From positions 65,391-129,390 of the forward strand of contig JAFGLN010000014.1 of assembly GCA_016928025.1 (NCBI GenBank): a stretch of 64,000 nt of DNA, read 5' to 3'. Source of the stretch: Deltaproteobacteria bacterium (lineage in GTDB: Bacteria > Desulfobacterota > Syntrophia > Syntrophales > JAFGHS01). The position numbers and the translations under genes are program-made. Below the pieces are notes generated by a model, which was not told the origin of the DNA, searched no databases, and saw only the letters and a list, made by a program, of their open reading frames with translations. The first letter of the stretch is position 1; the number at the start of each line of letters is the position of its first letter. Of this stretch, positions 50,402 to 60,148 are shown piece by piece.

Positions 50402-51133
50402 CTATGATTGTATTTTTCTTCTCATTCCGGCCAATCCCACTAAACCAAGACCGAGCAGAAACATGGCGGTGGGCTCAGGTACGCGCTGGTTAACGGTAAG
50501 TTTCCAGTCTTCAATTTCACCCTGATAGTAGCTACCCGTAGGGTTAAGATTCGCTATCGAACTGTTGACATCGGCATTACAAACCACGCGTGCTCTTAGC
50601 CAGTAATCACCGGTGCTGATATTATCGAAAGTCTGTTCATAATAATATGTTGCTACTATCTTGGGGGTACGATCAGTGTTAAGAAACTGCGATGGGCTAC
50701 CATCGGGGTCGGTGTTTGGTGTAAAAGAATAAGCTTCCGCTAAAATCACTTCACTATCAGCAAAAGCCAGATCTTCGTTCCAGTCTATCCATACTTTAAG
50801 ATAATCCGCAACATGGCGTCCCCATTCCACTTTGGACAGGATAAATTGGAATTTAACCGTATCTCCCACGAAAATAAGACCATTACCCCAGGTGCTACCA
50901 CCGTCGGTAGACCACAAAACGCCGTCATCAAGATCGTTGTTATTAGCCACTGCAGCTGCGCTGGGTTCTCCAGTCCAACTGGTTCCCAGTCTATTCCAAG
51001 TTGCGTCTTGAGCATAAACGCCGCCGTTATCATACCCGGTAGCATCAGCATAATCGAAGGAAGTGTCGGCGAAGGCCGTACCGGTAAAGGCACTAACAAC
51101 CAGTATCGTTAAAATTGCAAATATTTTCTTCAT
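50402..51133 (-). CDS. PEP-CTERM sorting-domain protein with a GEVED-like domain
   Basis: A signal peptide is present. 'YYQGEIEDWKLTV' is GEVED-like, and the C-terminal 'VPEPTAMFLLGLGLVGLAGMRRK' is a PEP-CTERM anchor. Confidence 0.85.
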   Translation of the reverse strand: MKKIFAILTILVVSAFTGTAFADTSFDYADATGYDNGGVYAQDATWNRLGTSWTGEPSAAAVANNNDLDDGVLWSTDGGSTWGNGLIFVGDTVKFQFILSKVEWGRHVADYLKVWIDWNEDLAFADSEVILAEAYSFTPNTDPDGSPSQFLNTDRTPKIVATYYYEQTFDNISTGDYWLRARVVCNADVNSSIANLNPTGSYYQGEIEDWKLTVNQRVPEPTAMFLLGLGLVGLAGMRRKIQS

Positions 51134-51203
51134 TTCCTTGCCCCAATGCTTTTTATTTTTTGATTCTTTTAGCTATTAATAGATGTCCTGTGAGGCGTGT
51201 ATT

Positions 51204-51242
51204 CAATAGACGTGTAAAGAAAGAATCTTTACACGTCTATTG
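51204..51242. promoter_or_regulatory. perfect 16-bp-arm inverted repeat in the 5' region of the PEP-CTERM gene
   Basis: The sequence is caatagacgtgtaaag-aaagaat-ctttacacgtctattg. It lies 70-110 nt upstream of the ATG at 51133, and no U-run follows on either strand. Confidence 0.5.
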
Positions 51243-51298
51243 CCAGGGCCTTTTAATGGGCGATTCCTTTGTCTCCTCTGTCGTTGTTTTCACATAAG

Positions 51299-51326
51299 AA
51301 GGGCAGGGCATTAATGCCCTGCCCTT
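51299..51326. terminator. GC-rich palindromic hairpin downstream of the second PEP-CTERM gene
   Basis: The palindrome is aagggcagggcat-ta-atgccctgccctt. A partial T-run follows on the plus strand only. Confidence 0.5.
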
Positions 51327-51363
51327 GATTTTTATCTAGTTGAACTTGGATTTACTTAACCAG

Positions 51364-51909
51364 CTATTTTTTTCTCATCCCAGCGATGCCGATTAATCCC
51401 AACCCGAGGAGGATCAAAATGGCAGGCTCGGGAACCATCGTAGTAGGTCCATAGAGGGCGACATGGGAAATGGCACCTTTACCTACCCAGAAATCCGTTA
51501 ATTCAATATCATCCGTGCCGTTCCATGAAAGCGCCACTAAATCAAAGATATACCAAATAGGATCATGCTTACCATCTTTGACCAGAAGATAGAGGGGAGA
51601 ATAGCCGCTCAGGGAGGAACCACTTATATACGTGATGGTGGCATCTTCGGGATCAGTGGGTGTGTTAAAAAACTCAGTTTCATATGACGATGCAAAAGAT
51701 CCGGTTTCCGGTCCAGCTAAATCTTGCTTATAATATTCGACAAAGGTGCCGCTGTAGCCCACAATCGTTGCAACATCCCCTGCATCCGGATTATTCGGAA
51801 CACTTCCTGACCATTGGGGCGTCGTTGCCGGTGTTATACTTAGAGACCATGATACGCCGGGAAACACGAGTATCACGGCTAATAGACTTAAAAACCATAT
51901 TTTTTTCAT
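51364..51909 (-). CDS. PEP-CTERM sorting-domain protein
   Basis: The ATG at 51909 follows AAGGGGG. The signal peptide is 'MKKIWFLSLLAVILVFPGVSWS' and the C-terminal anchor is 'VPEPAILILLGLGLIGIAGMRKK'. Confidence 0.85.
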   Translation of the reverse strand: MKKIWFLSLLAVILVFPGVSWSLSITPATTPQWSGSVPNNPDAGDVATIVGYSGTFVEYYKQDLAGPETGSFASSYETEFFNTPTDPEDATITYISGSSLSGYSPLYLLVKDGKHDPIWYIFDLVALSWNGTDDIELTDFWVGKGAISHVALYGPTTMVPEPAILILLGLGLIGIAGMRKK

Positions 51910-52248
51910 TTTTATTGCCCCCTTTCCCGGATGCAAGTTATTTTATTATACTTCTTACTATAATAATATTGAGCAATTAATATGCCTGTTTATATTCAGC
52001 CTTGGATAATCATATCTATCTATTTGTAATCACTGTATAAATAAAAATTATTATCCCTGCCTGGACAAAAACAATCTGTCAAAAATAAACATAAATTGTA
52101 AAAAAATCCGACACATTTTTCATCATACAGGCGTCCAATGTCCCTATTGTATTGTCTTGATTCATGATTCTAATCACGCCGACTTTGTAAAGATGTCCGA
52201 CAGGAAAAATACCTAATTATTTCAGCATAATAAACTTAAGCTTGATGT

Positions 52249-53115
52249 TTACTTGTGCAATTCATCGTAGAGCATCATGATGGTATTGACGTAAACGGAA
52301 CTGCGGTTATAGTGCCACACGGCCCGGCGTTTTTGCTCCGAAGAGGCCTTTTCGGACCAGCCGGACTTTTGGAGGTAATGCGCCATGCTTAATTTGGCGT
52401 CCGTCATATCGAAGGGGTTGCACCGGCCGTCCTCATCACCGTCGATCCCATAGGCGCGAAACGTCGAGGGGATGAACTGGGCCGGTCCCAAGGCCCCGGA
52501 AAAGGAGCCCTTGATATCCAGAGGATCGATTTCCAGTTCCTGGGCGATCTGGGCCAGATGATACAATTCACCCAGCGCCCATTCGGCCCGCCTCCGGGCC
52601 CGGTCGACGGTTTCCGCTTCGTAGAGCTCCGGGTACTGGTCAGCGTATAATTTCTGAATGTCTTTCAGATAATCGGGATCAAGCATAAAAGCCATATTTA
52701 TAAAGGATGAGACGACATTATATGGCATCGGGTATGTTCCGAGCTTGGATTCCACGATCAGGATGGCCGTTATAATCGGAGGCGATGTCCCGAAGCGCTT
52801 CTCCATCGCGGCCAATTTTATGGCGTGCTCTTTCATAAAATCTCTGCCTTCCTCGATCATCCTGGGATCGATCTTCATCACGGAAGGCTCTTCTTCCGTC
52901 CCTCGGGGGCTGGAATAGAAAAGATTCTTAATAATAATGTCAGGATCAACGGCGATTCTCGGATCTTGGCTCAGACTCCGGGCCAGATTTTCGTCCAAAC
53001 CTCTTTCAACAAGTTGTTTTTCAATCTTTTTTCGGGCGGCCTTTTCCCCGGCCCAGACATCCCCGACAAAGGAAAACAAAGTGATGATGGTTATGAAGAC
53101 GATTGTTCTTCTCAT
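52249..53115 (-). CDS. lytic murein transglycosylase (MltB/SLT_2-like)
   Basis: 'SGALGPAQFIPSTFRAYGIDGDEDGRCNPFD' and 'VESKLG' are present. The signal peptide starts from ATG 53115, which follows GGGAGA. Confidence 0.85.
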   Translation of the reverse strand: MRRTIVFITIITLFSFVGDVWAGEKAARKKIEKQLVERGLDENLARSLSQDPRIAVDPDIIIKNLFYSSPRGTEEEPSVMKIDPRMIEEGRDFMKEHAIKLAAMEKRFGTSPPIITAILIVESKLGTYPMPYNVVSSFINMAFMLDPDYLKDIQKLYADQYPELYEAETVDRARRRAEWALGELYHLAQIAQELEIDPLDIKGSFSGALGPAQFIPSTFRAYGIDGDEDGRCNPFDMTDAKLSMAHYLQKSGWSEKASSEQKRRAVWHYNRSSVYVNTIMMLYDELHK

Positions 53116-53297
53116 GTTGCTTCTCCCTGACGGTGATGTTGATGAATCCATTATCAGGCGAAAATTCCCGGTTATTTTAAATGAATCTTATTTGCTTCAG
53201 AAATCTCTCCCGATTGTCTGATTGACCCAAAAAGAATGGCCCCAGCGCCTTACGATCATCATGACCACAAGACGGCATTTTCAAAGCTATTCTGCAG

Positions 53298-54191
53298 CTA
53301 AATGCCGTCCGCTTCACCTCTGATAAAAATCGGCTCCATCTCCTGAGCTGCGGCATCCGCCTTTAGTGAATCTTCAATCTCTCCGCGGATAATATTGTCG
53401 GCAAACGAGCGGGCCGCTTCCAGAATCATGGGAAGAAGCGTCGCATCACTTGATGTATTGAGAAAGATATGGGGTTGAGACAGTACCCAGTGGACCACTC
53501 GGCGAAGCACATCCGGTTCTTTGACCGGTTCATACCAGCTGAAGTGTTTCTGTTGGTCCCCTTCCCGCCAGCGGCGCCGGGCAATTGACTTGATCGTTTG
53601 CACGGCGATGCCCCGATGCACACAGAGGTCTATGAGATGTTTGACGTCCGCGGCGTACTCAGGATTCCGCATCATCATATAGTTATAAGGAAACAGGACC
53701 GAGTCGAAGGGAAACCGGTCCAGGCTTCGGAGATGCATTTCCGGTGCCCGCGTGCCGTGACCGGTGACGCCGATAAATCGGACCAGCCCTTGTTTCCTGG
53801 CTTCCACGGCCCCCTCCAGGGCGCCGCCGGCGCCGAAAACCTTTTTCCAGCCCGGTTCATCCGTCAGGTTGTGGAACTGGATCAAATCGACATGATCCAC
53901 CTGCAGGCGCTCCAGAGAACGCTCAATGCCGGCCCGGGCCCCTTTTGCGGTTCGTTCCCCCGTTTTGGTTGCCAGAAAAAATTTATCGCGATGGAGTTTC
54001 ATCCATGAACCGATGCGCAACTCCGCATCGCCGTAACTGGCCGCCACGTCGATATGGTTAACGCCATACTCCAGGAGCAATTCAAGAATATGGTCGGCCC
54101 GTTCCTGTTTCATAGCGCCCAAAGCGGCGGCACCGAAAATAGTGCGGGTACTTAGATGTCCTGTACTGCCGAACGGCATCCTGGCAATCAT
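53298..54191 (-). CDS. aldo/keto reductase
   Basis: The protein is 297 aa. 'NHIDVAASYGDAE', 'KFFLATKTGER' and 'VDLIQFHN' are typical of the AKR family. GAGGAGG precedes the ATG. Confidence 0.85.
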   Translation of the reverse strand: MIARMPFGSTGHLSTRTIFGAAALGAMKQERADHILELLLEYGVNHIDVAASYGDAELRIGSWMKLHRDKFFLATKTGERTAKGARAGIERSLERLQVDHVDLIQFHNLTDEPGWKKVFGAGGALEGAVEARKQGLVRFIGVTGHGTRAPEMHLRSLDRFPFDSVLFPYNYMMMRNPEYAADVKHLIDLCVHRGIAVQTIKSIARRRWREGDQQKHFSWYEPVKEPDVLRRVVHWVLSQPHIFLNTSSDATLLPMILEAARSFADNIIRGEIEDSLKADAAAQEMEPIFIRGEADGI

Positions 54192-54350
54192 AATATCACC
54201 TCCTCAGGAAAAACAAAGACAATCGATTTCAGAATTTATTCAATACTAACAAGTTTAAGACATTTTCGCAAAAAAAAGACGGTGCGGAACAAGCGTGGTT
54301 ACGACCTGCTTGAATCGAAGGCGAGTTTTGTGCGTGTCTGAGTTACGTCA

Positions 54351-54386
54351 GGCGCGGGGACAGATTTCAAAATCCGTCCCCGCGCC
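54351..54386. other. GC-rich hairpin downstream of the acyl-CoA synthetase gene (possible terminator or REP-like)
   Basis: The structure is ggcgcggggac-(14 nt)-gtccccgcgcc, with perfect 11-bp arms and no U-run. Confidence 0.4.
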
Positions 54387-54437
54387 CAACAAAGATTTCA
54401 GCTGATAAAGTGAGATTCCGCCAAAAAGATCTCAGTC

Positions 54438-56150
54438 TTATACATTGCGTACTTTTTTCGCCTTGGCCATGAATGCGTCGAGTTGTTTGCGGATCGCAAT
54501 TTTGTCATATTTGCCGACACTGGTCTTCGGCACATCGTCGATAAAGGCGACATAAACCGGAAGCATCCATTTTGTGATCTTGCCCGTATCGACACCGACA
54601 GCCTGAAGATGGGCCAGAATATCGTCCTCCGTTTTCCGGACGCCCGGAGCCAGCCGAACCAGGGCCATAGGGATTTCGCCCCATTTTTCATCGGGGATGC
54701 CCACATAGGTCGCCTCCAGAACGAAGTCGGCGTTGCTCGTCAGATTTTCCAGCAGAACCGTCGGTACCATTTCGGCGCCGCTCCGGATGACGTCGGTGAT
54801 CCGGTCCACAATAATGATATACCCCTCCGAATCAACCTTGGCGGCGTCACCCGTGTGAAACCAGCCGCCCCGCCAGGCTTCCGCTGATTTTTCCGGTTCA
54901 TTGAAGTACTGTTCCGTAATCCAGTGTCCCCGCAGGACGATCTGGCCGATGGTCTCGTTGTCCCGGGGCACGTCGTTTCCCTCTTCATCAATGACGCGTA
55001 CCTCCAGCCCCGGATAAGGGATCCCGGTCTTGACACGGACCTCGGCGATCTGTTCCTCCGACCAGTCTTCCATATAACGCATCAGTCTGGGCGTCAGGGC
55101 CAGGGCCAGCGTCTCCGTCATGCCGTAGCCGCCGCCGGCCTGCAGGGAGGGAAAAACTTTCTCCGCCTTGAGTTTGAGCCCCAAGGGCAGAGCCCCGCCG
55201 CCGATGGTCATGTGCGTCAGGCTGGACAGATCATATTTGTCCACATCGGGGTAGCCGATAACCATGGCCAGCATTGTCGGTACCATGGTGCATCTTGTCA
55301 CTTTCTCCGTCTGCACCAGTTCGCAGAAATTTTCGGGCGTGAATTTACCGGCAAAAATCAGTTTAGCCGCGGAAAAAACATTGTGGAAGGGTGCCTGCCA
55401 GGCATGAATATGGAAGAGCGGCACATTGGCCAGGACCACGGGGAAATTGTCCTTCGGCGGATCGTTAGACCGTTGCACATCCAGGTTGGCCAGGGCCACG
55501 AGATGAAGGTTGGCAAGAAAAACCTGACGATTGGTAAACATGGCCCCTTTGGGCAGGCCCGTCGTGCCCGTGGTGTAATAGAGAACGGCGTAAGTATCTT
55601 CATCCAGATCAGGCCAATCGTATGTCTTCGGATACGGTTTGATCAATTCTTCATAGGCGTAAAGCGGCTTGATGTTGGTTTCGGGCAGTCCCGATTTTTC
55701 CGACATATAGACAAACGCCTTGACCTTGTCCTTGATCCGGTCATAGAGGGCCTCCACTACAGACCTGACATCCTCGTCGAAAAAGACAATTTTGTCCTCG
55801 GAATGGGTGATGGTGTAAGCCATATGATCCATGGACAGTCTGATATTGATCGGATGCGATATGGCGCCGGAACAGATGGCGGCATAGATGTTTTCCATAT
55901 GCCAGTGGTGATTGAGGGCCATCGTCGCCACCCGGTCACCCTCTTCAATACCCAGCGCCTTGAGAGCATGGGCCAGCTGGCAGGTCCGTTCGTGCCATTG
56001 CCGCCAGGTGAACCGGAAATACGTGCCCTCATCATTCCTGTAAACCAGGGCAATGTCGTCGGGATATAAATCCAGCGGCCGCTTCATCAGGTTCTTGACC
56101 AGGAGCGGGTAGTGTTTGCTGTATTCCGGATACAAAGACTTTTCCATCAT
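54438..56150 (-). CDS. AMP-dependent acyl-CoA synthetase (fatty-acid-CoA ligase family)
   Basis: The protein is 570 aa. The motifs are 'YTTGTTGLPKGAMFTNRQ', 'GYGMTET' and 'FHTGDAAKVDSEGYIIIVDRITDVI'. Confidence 0.9.
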   Translation of the reverse strand: MMEKSLYPEYSKHYPLLVKNLMKRPLDLYPDDIALVYRNDEGTYFRFTWRQWHERTCQLAHALKALGIEEGDRVATMALNHHWHMENIYAAICSGAISHPINIRLSMDHMAYTITHSEDKIVFFDEDVRSVVEALYDRIKDKVKAFVYMSEKSGLPETNIKPLYAYEELIKPYPKTYDWPDLDEDTYAVLYYTTGTTGLPKGAMFTNRQVFLANLHLVALANLDVQRSNDPPKDNFPVVLANVPLFHIHAWQAPFHNVFSAAKLIFAGKFTPENFCELVQTEKVTRCTMVPTMLAMVIGYPDVDKYDLSSLTHMTIGGGALPLGLKLKAEKVFPSLQAGGGYGMTETLALALTPRLMRYMEDWSEEQIAEVRVKTGIPYPGLEVRVIDEEGNDVPRDNETIGQIVLRGHWITEQYFNEPEKSAEAWRGGWFHTGDAAKVDSEGYIIIVDRITDVIRSGAEMVPTVLLENLTSNADFVLEATYVGIPDEKWGEIPMALVRLAPGVRKTEDDILAHLQAVGVDTGKITKWMLPVYVAFIDDVPKTSVGKYDKIAIRKQLDAFMAKAKKVRNV

Positions 56151-56623
56151 TTTTTCCCCTTTCCAATATACAAATTTTTATCGCCAGCACAATCCGTCGC
56201 GCAAACTGCCCCTCTTTTTCTTCATTCATCAGAAGAATCGGAAGGTTTGATTGATCGGTCTTTGCCTAACGAGGTGCCTGGGGATGTCTGGTGAACTTTT
56301 TAAGCAGGCCGATTATCGTTGAATGCTTTCTTGGATGTCAAGCAATTTTCACCGCCGCGATGGCCCATTCGAATACATCCGGACGTCGATGCCTGCTCCT
56401 GTGAAGACCTTTTCCGTCATTGTAAATCGTTCCGCCCTGTGTTAGGAAAAATTTATGAACGGCAAAAATGAAATTGAAAACCCCGGATCGGCATCCACTC
56501 CTGCCTGCTCGGCCGGCCTGTTTGGAACGGCGGCGGACATGTGCGATTATTCTCGGCGCAATGCATCCGGTCGCCCCATGATATATTTCCGGATTAAAAC
56601 GTATGGCCCTTGATCGGAGAGTC

Positions 56624-57088
56624 ATGAAGATCAAAAAATCGGTGCTTGTCATTGTTGTCTTAGGAATCATTCTGATGGGCCCGGGAATCGGCCAACCCGA
56701 TCCCCAAATCGGCCTTGTCGAGGGAAAACTTTTACCCTGTCCCGATTCACCCAATTGCGTTTCCTCCCAGTCCCCCATACCTTCACGGGTTGTTTTGCCG
56801 CTGCCGTTCGGGGGGTTATCGTGGCCGGAAGCCAGGGAGCGCTTGATCAAGACACTCATGTCGATAGAAGATTGCCGAAAAGTGACAGTAAAAGAGGACT
56901 ATATCCATGCGGAGTTTGCCAGTGCTGTTTTTCACTTCACGGCCGATGTGGAATTTCTGGCGGATCACGCCAGTCAAGTCATCCAAGTCCGTTCCGCGTC
57001 CCGGACGGGTCTTTGGGATTTCGGCACCAATCGGCGGCGGGCGGAAGCCATCCGCGAGGCGTATATGAAACCGCGCGCGAGACGGTGA
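56624..57088 (+). CDS. DUF1499-family exported protein
   Basis: The signal peptide is 'MKIKKSVLVIVVLGIILMG', and 'LPCPDSPNCVSSQ' and 'FTADVEFL...IQVRSASRTGLWDFGTNRRR' are typical of DUF1499. The ORF is open from 56603. Confidence 0.75.
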   Translation: MKIKKSVLVIVVLGIILMGPGIGQPDPQIGLVEGKLLPCPDSPNCVSSQSPIPSRVVLPLPFGGLSWPEARERLIKTLMSIEDCRKVTVKEDYIHAEFASAVFHFTADVEFLADHASQVIQVRSASRTGLWDFGTNRRRAEAIREAYMKPRARR

Positions 57089-57101
57089 CGGTCAGGGGCG
57101 A

Positions 57102-57137
57102 GGTGAAAGGTTCAAGGGGCAAGGTACAAGGTGAAAC
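57102..57137. repeat. family D GGTTCAAGG-type short repeat
   Basis: The sequence ggtgaaaggttcaaggggcaaggtacaaggtgaaac lies just after the DUF1499 stop. Confidence 0.6.
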
Positions 57138-57191
57138 AGATTTTTAAATTAATTGTTTTTCAAAATGATACGGCATTTATTGGGAACATTC

Positions 57192-58532
57192 ATGGAATAT
57201 AATTGGGACATAGCCATCAGAGGCGGGACTCTGCTCACGCTGTCGGAACGCATGGAGATCGTTGAAGATGGTCTCATCGGCATTAAGGACGGTCTGATTG
57301 ACTTTGTGGGCCGCCGGGGCGATCTGACCGGGAATGACATTCAGGCCCAAGAGATCCTCGACGCAACAGGGTGTATCGCCATGCCCGGTCTGATAAACAC
57401 CCATACCCATTTGCCCATGGTCTGCTTCCGGGGTATGGCCGACGATTTGCCCCTCATGGACTGGCTCAACCATCACATTTTTCCGGCGGAAGGGCGTTTC
57501 GTCAACCGGCAGATGGTATACGACGGCGCGATGCTGGCGATGGCCGAAATGATCCTGTCCGGCACGACGACGTTTTGCGACGGCTATTTTTTCGAGGACA
57601 GCATCGCCGAAGCGGCGGTCGCGTCGGGCATGCGGGCCGTGGTTTCCCAGGGGTTTGCCGATTTTCCCCTGCCGGACAATCCCGCCGGCGAAAGCATCAA
57701 GACCTTGGCGGAACGTTTTTTCCGGCGCTGGCATTCCCGGATGCCCATGATCATCCCCGCCTTTTTTTGCCATGCCCCCTATACCTGTTCTCCGGAAACA
57801 TTGGTCAATGTAAAAAAAATCGCCCGGGAGGCGGGGATTCTCTATCTGACCCATCTTCTGGAAACAAAAGATGAAACCGCCATGATTGAAGAACGCTACG
57901 GCAAGGAACCGGTGCCGCATCTTCATGATTTGGGGGTATTGGACGAGCGAACCGTCTGCGTTCACTGCAACTGGCTGTCGGCGGAAGATCTGCGAATATT
58001 CGCCGATCTGGGCGTCAAGGTGTCCCATAATCCCCAGAGCTCCATGAAACTGGCCGCAGGAGTCGCGCCCATCCCGGACATGCTGGAGTTGGGCATCGTT
58101 GTCGGGTTGGGAACGGACGGCTGCGCCAGTAACAACGATCTGGACCTGTTCAAGGAGATGGATACGGCCGCGAAAATTCACAAGGCCGTTTCTTTAAATC
58201 CCACGGTCATGGATGCCCAAACGGTTCTCCGAATGGCGACCATTGAAGGCGCCAGAGTACTGGGGCTGGAAAAGAGCACCGGTTCCATCGAAGTCGGCAA
58301 ACAGGCCGACATCATCGTGGTGGATATGAAAAAGCCGCATCTGACACCGCTTTATAATTGTTATTCCCACCTTGTCTATGCCGTCTCGGGCGCCGATGTA
58401 AAGACCAGCATCATCGGCGGAAAAATTGTTATGCGGGACCGGAAACTTCTCACGATGGATGTTGACGTTGTAATGGATAAGGTCTGCCGTATTGCTGGAG
58501 AGATTAAGGAGGCGAAAAGGGACATTGATTAA
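57192..58532 (+). CDS. mtaD: amidohydrolase, 5-methylthioadenosine/S-adenosylhomocysteine deaminase-like
   Basis: 'PGLINTHTHLPM' (HxH), 'HLLET', 'CVHCNWL' and 'GLGTDGCASNNDLD' are typical of the MtaD/ATZ-TRZ amidohydrolase family. The start is ATG 57192 ('MEYNWDIAIRGG'). Confidence 0.85.
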   Translation: MEYNWDIAIRGGTLLTLSERMEIVEDGLIGIKDGLIDFVGRRGDLTGNDIQAQEILDATGCIAMPGLINTHTHLPMVCFRGMADDLPLMDWLNHHIFPAEGRFVNRQMVYDGAMLAMAEMILSGTTTFCDGYFFEDSIAEAAVASGMRAVVSQGFADFPLPDNPAGESIKTLAERFFRRWHSRMPMIIPAFFCHAPYTCSPETLVNVKKIAREAGILYLTHLLETKDETAMIEERYGKEPVPHLHDLGVLDERTVCVHCNWLSAEDLRIFADLGVKVSHNPQSSMKLAAGVAPIPDMLELGIVVGLGTDGCASNNDLDLFKEMDTAAKIHKAVSLNPTVMDAQTVLRMATIEGARVLGLEKSTGSIEVGKQADIIVVDMKKPHLTPLYNCYSHLVYAVSGADVKTSIIGGKIVMRDRKLLTMDVDVVMDKVCRIAGEIKEAKRDID

Positions 58533-58628
58533 TCGGCGTACGTTGATTAATACGAATCGTTCCGCCATCAGCCCATACCGCCCTCCGATCGTCCCGCCGG
58601 TGATAGCAGTGCCAAGGCGCCAAGGCGG

Positions 58629-59726
58629 CTAATCTTCGGAAAACAACTTCACATATCGGCCGTAGCCTTCTTTTTCCAGATCCTCTTGGGGGATGAAACG
58701 CAGGGCCGCTGAATTGATGCAGTAACGCAACCCTGTCGGCTTCGGTCCGTCGTCAAAGACATGACCCAGATGAGAGTCCGCGTGTTTGCTCCGCACCTCC
58801 GTTCGCATCATAAATAGGCTATAGTCTGTTTTCTCTACAATATTGTCTTTTTCCAGGGGTTTGGTGAAGCTCGGCCAACCGGTTCCGGAATCGAATTTAT
58901 CCTGTGAGCTGAAAAGCGGTTCACCGGAAACGATATCGACGTATATCCCTTCTTTTTTGTTCGTAAAATATTCGTTTTTAAAGGGCGGCTCCGTAGCGTT
59001 TTCTTGCGTGACGTCATACTGCAGTTCGGTCAATCTTTTTCTCAACGTTTCGTCATCGGGTTTTCGATAACGCCCGTTGTTCGTCGAAGGTTTCTCCCGG
59101 TCGGCTTCCCAGACATTCCGTAGAAAGGTATCCCGTCCCGATCCGCTGCGATAAGACCGGTAACGCCGAGGATTTTTCTTAAAATAATCCTGATGATAGT
59201 CCTCTGCTGGATAAAAGCCCGTAAATTTAATGATGTCCGTCACGATGGGCTTGGGAAATTTTTTTGAGTCGGCCAGGGCCTTCAAGGTTTTTTCGGCCAT
59301 TTTCTTTTCGTCATCATTTTGATAGAAAATGGCGCTTCTGTAACCCGGCCCGCGATCTGCAAATTGCCCCCCTCCATCGGTGGGATCGATGTGGGCAAAG
59401 AAATATTTTAAAATCCGCTCATAGGACAATCGTTTCGGATCATAATAAACCTGCACGGCCTCCACATGTCCTAATTGCTCATACGTTTTGTAGGTCGGGT
59501 TTTCCCCCGATCCGCCGGCATAGCCGGAGATGACCTCGACAACCCCCGGCAACTTTTCAAAGTCGGCTTCCAGGCACCAGAAGCACCCGCCGGCCAGTGT
59601 TGCGACGCTCGCTTTTTTCATTTCATCATTTTTCAAGGTCATTTTGCTATCCTGGGTATCTCCGTTCTGACCGCTCAACATCAAACCTCCTATCATCAAA
59701 AACATGATTATTTTTTTCATGTTCAT
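58629..59726 (-). CDS. msrAB: exported bifunctional methionine sulfoxide reductase MsrA-MsrB
   Basis: A signal peptide is followed by the MsrA motif '[11 protein letters not shown]' and the MsrB region 'GTGWPSF...[21 protein letters not shown]'. Confidence 0.9.
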   Translation of the reverse strand: MNMKKIIMFLMIGGLMLSGQNGDTQDSKMTLKNDEMKKASVATLAGGCFWCLEADFEKLPGVVEVISGYAGGSGENPTYKTYEQLGHVEAVQVYYDPKRLSYERILKYFFAHIDPTDGGGQFADRGPGYRSAIFYQNDDEKKMAEKTLKALADSKKFPKPIVTDIIKFTGFYPAEDYHQDYFKKNPRRYRSYRSGSGRDTFLRNVWEADREKPSTNNGRYRKPDDETLRKRLTELQYDVTQENATEPPFKNEYFTNKKEGIYVDIVSGEPLFSSQDKFDSGTGWPSFTKPLEKDNIVEKTDYSLFMMRTEVRSKHADSHLGHVFDDGPKPTGLRYCINSAALRFIPQEDLEKEGYGRYVKLFSED

Positions 59727-59867
59727 TCCCTCTGATTTGTTATAAACTTGGTAATATCAAGTTAAGGATGATTCTATGATTGTCAAATTCGTCATTGACT
59801 CAGGGAAGGGATGTACAAGATCTTTGCGCAGCGGAGGCCCGGTTGGGAACGATGAAGGAGAGAAATC

Positions 59868-60131
59868 ATGGCGAGGCAAAAAAAAATAATCCTTGAGCTG
59901 GAGTACCCCTGCTCATGGGTCTATAAAATCATCGGGACCGACATAGGGCAAATGCGTCAGGCCGTTGCGGAAATCATGGGGGACTGCCGGTACACCATAA
60001 CACACTCCCGGAGCAGCAAAACGGACAAATATCATTGCTTGAATGTCGATCTTAGGGTGGAAAGTGCTGCTCAACGCCTGGGCCTTTATCGAACCCTGCA
60101 GTCCCATCAAGCCGTGAAGCTGGTTCTGTAA
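59868..60131 (+). CDS. DUF493 (YbeD-like) protein
   Basis: The protein is 87 aa, and 'LEYPCSWVYKIIG' is typical of the family. GGAGAG precedes the ATG. Confidence 0.75.
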   Translation: MARQKKIILELEYPCSWVYKIIGTDIGQMRQAVAEIMGDCRYTITHSRSSKTDKYHCLNVDLRVESAAQRLGLYRTLQSHQAVKLVL

Positions 60132-60148
60132 CCGCTTTGTATTGCATC

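Noticed and set aside
56455-56613. A 52-codon ORF (MNGKNEIENPGSASTPACSAGLFGTAADMCDYSRRNASGRPMIYFRIKTYGP) with AGGA 9 nt upstream lies in the 450-bp divergent region before the DUF1499 gene.
   Set aside because: It has no recognisable motif, no adjacent modifying enzymes to suggest a RiPP, and it overlaps the alternative DUF1499 start. It cannot be supported without expression or conservation data.
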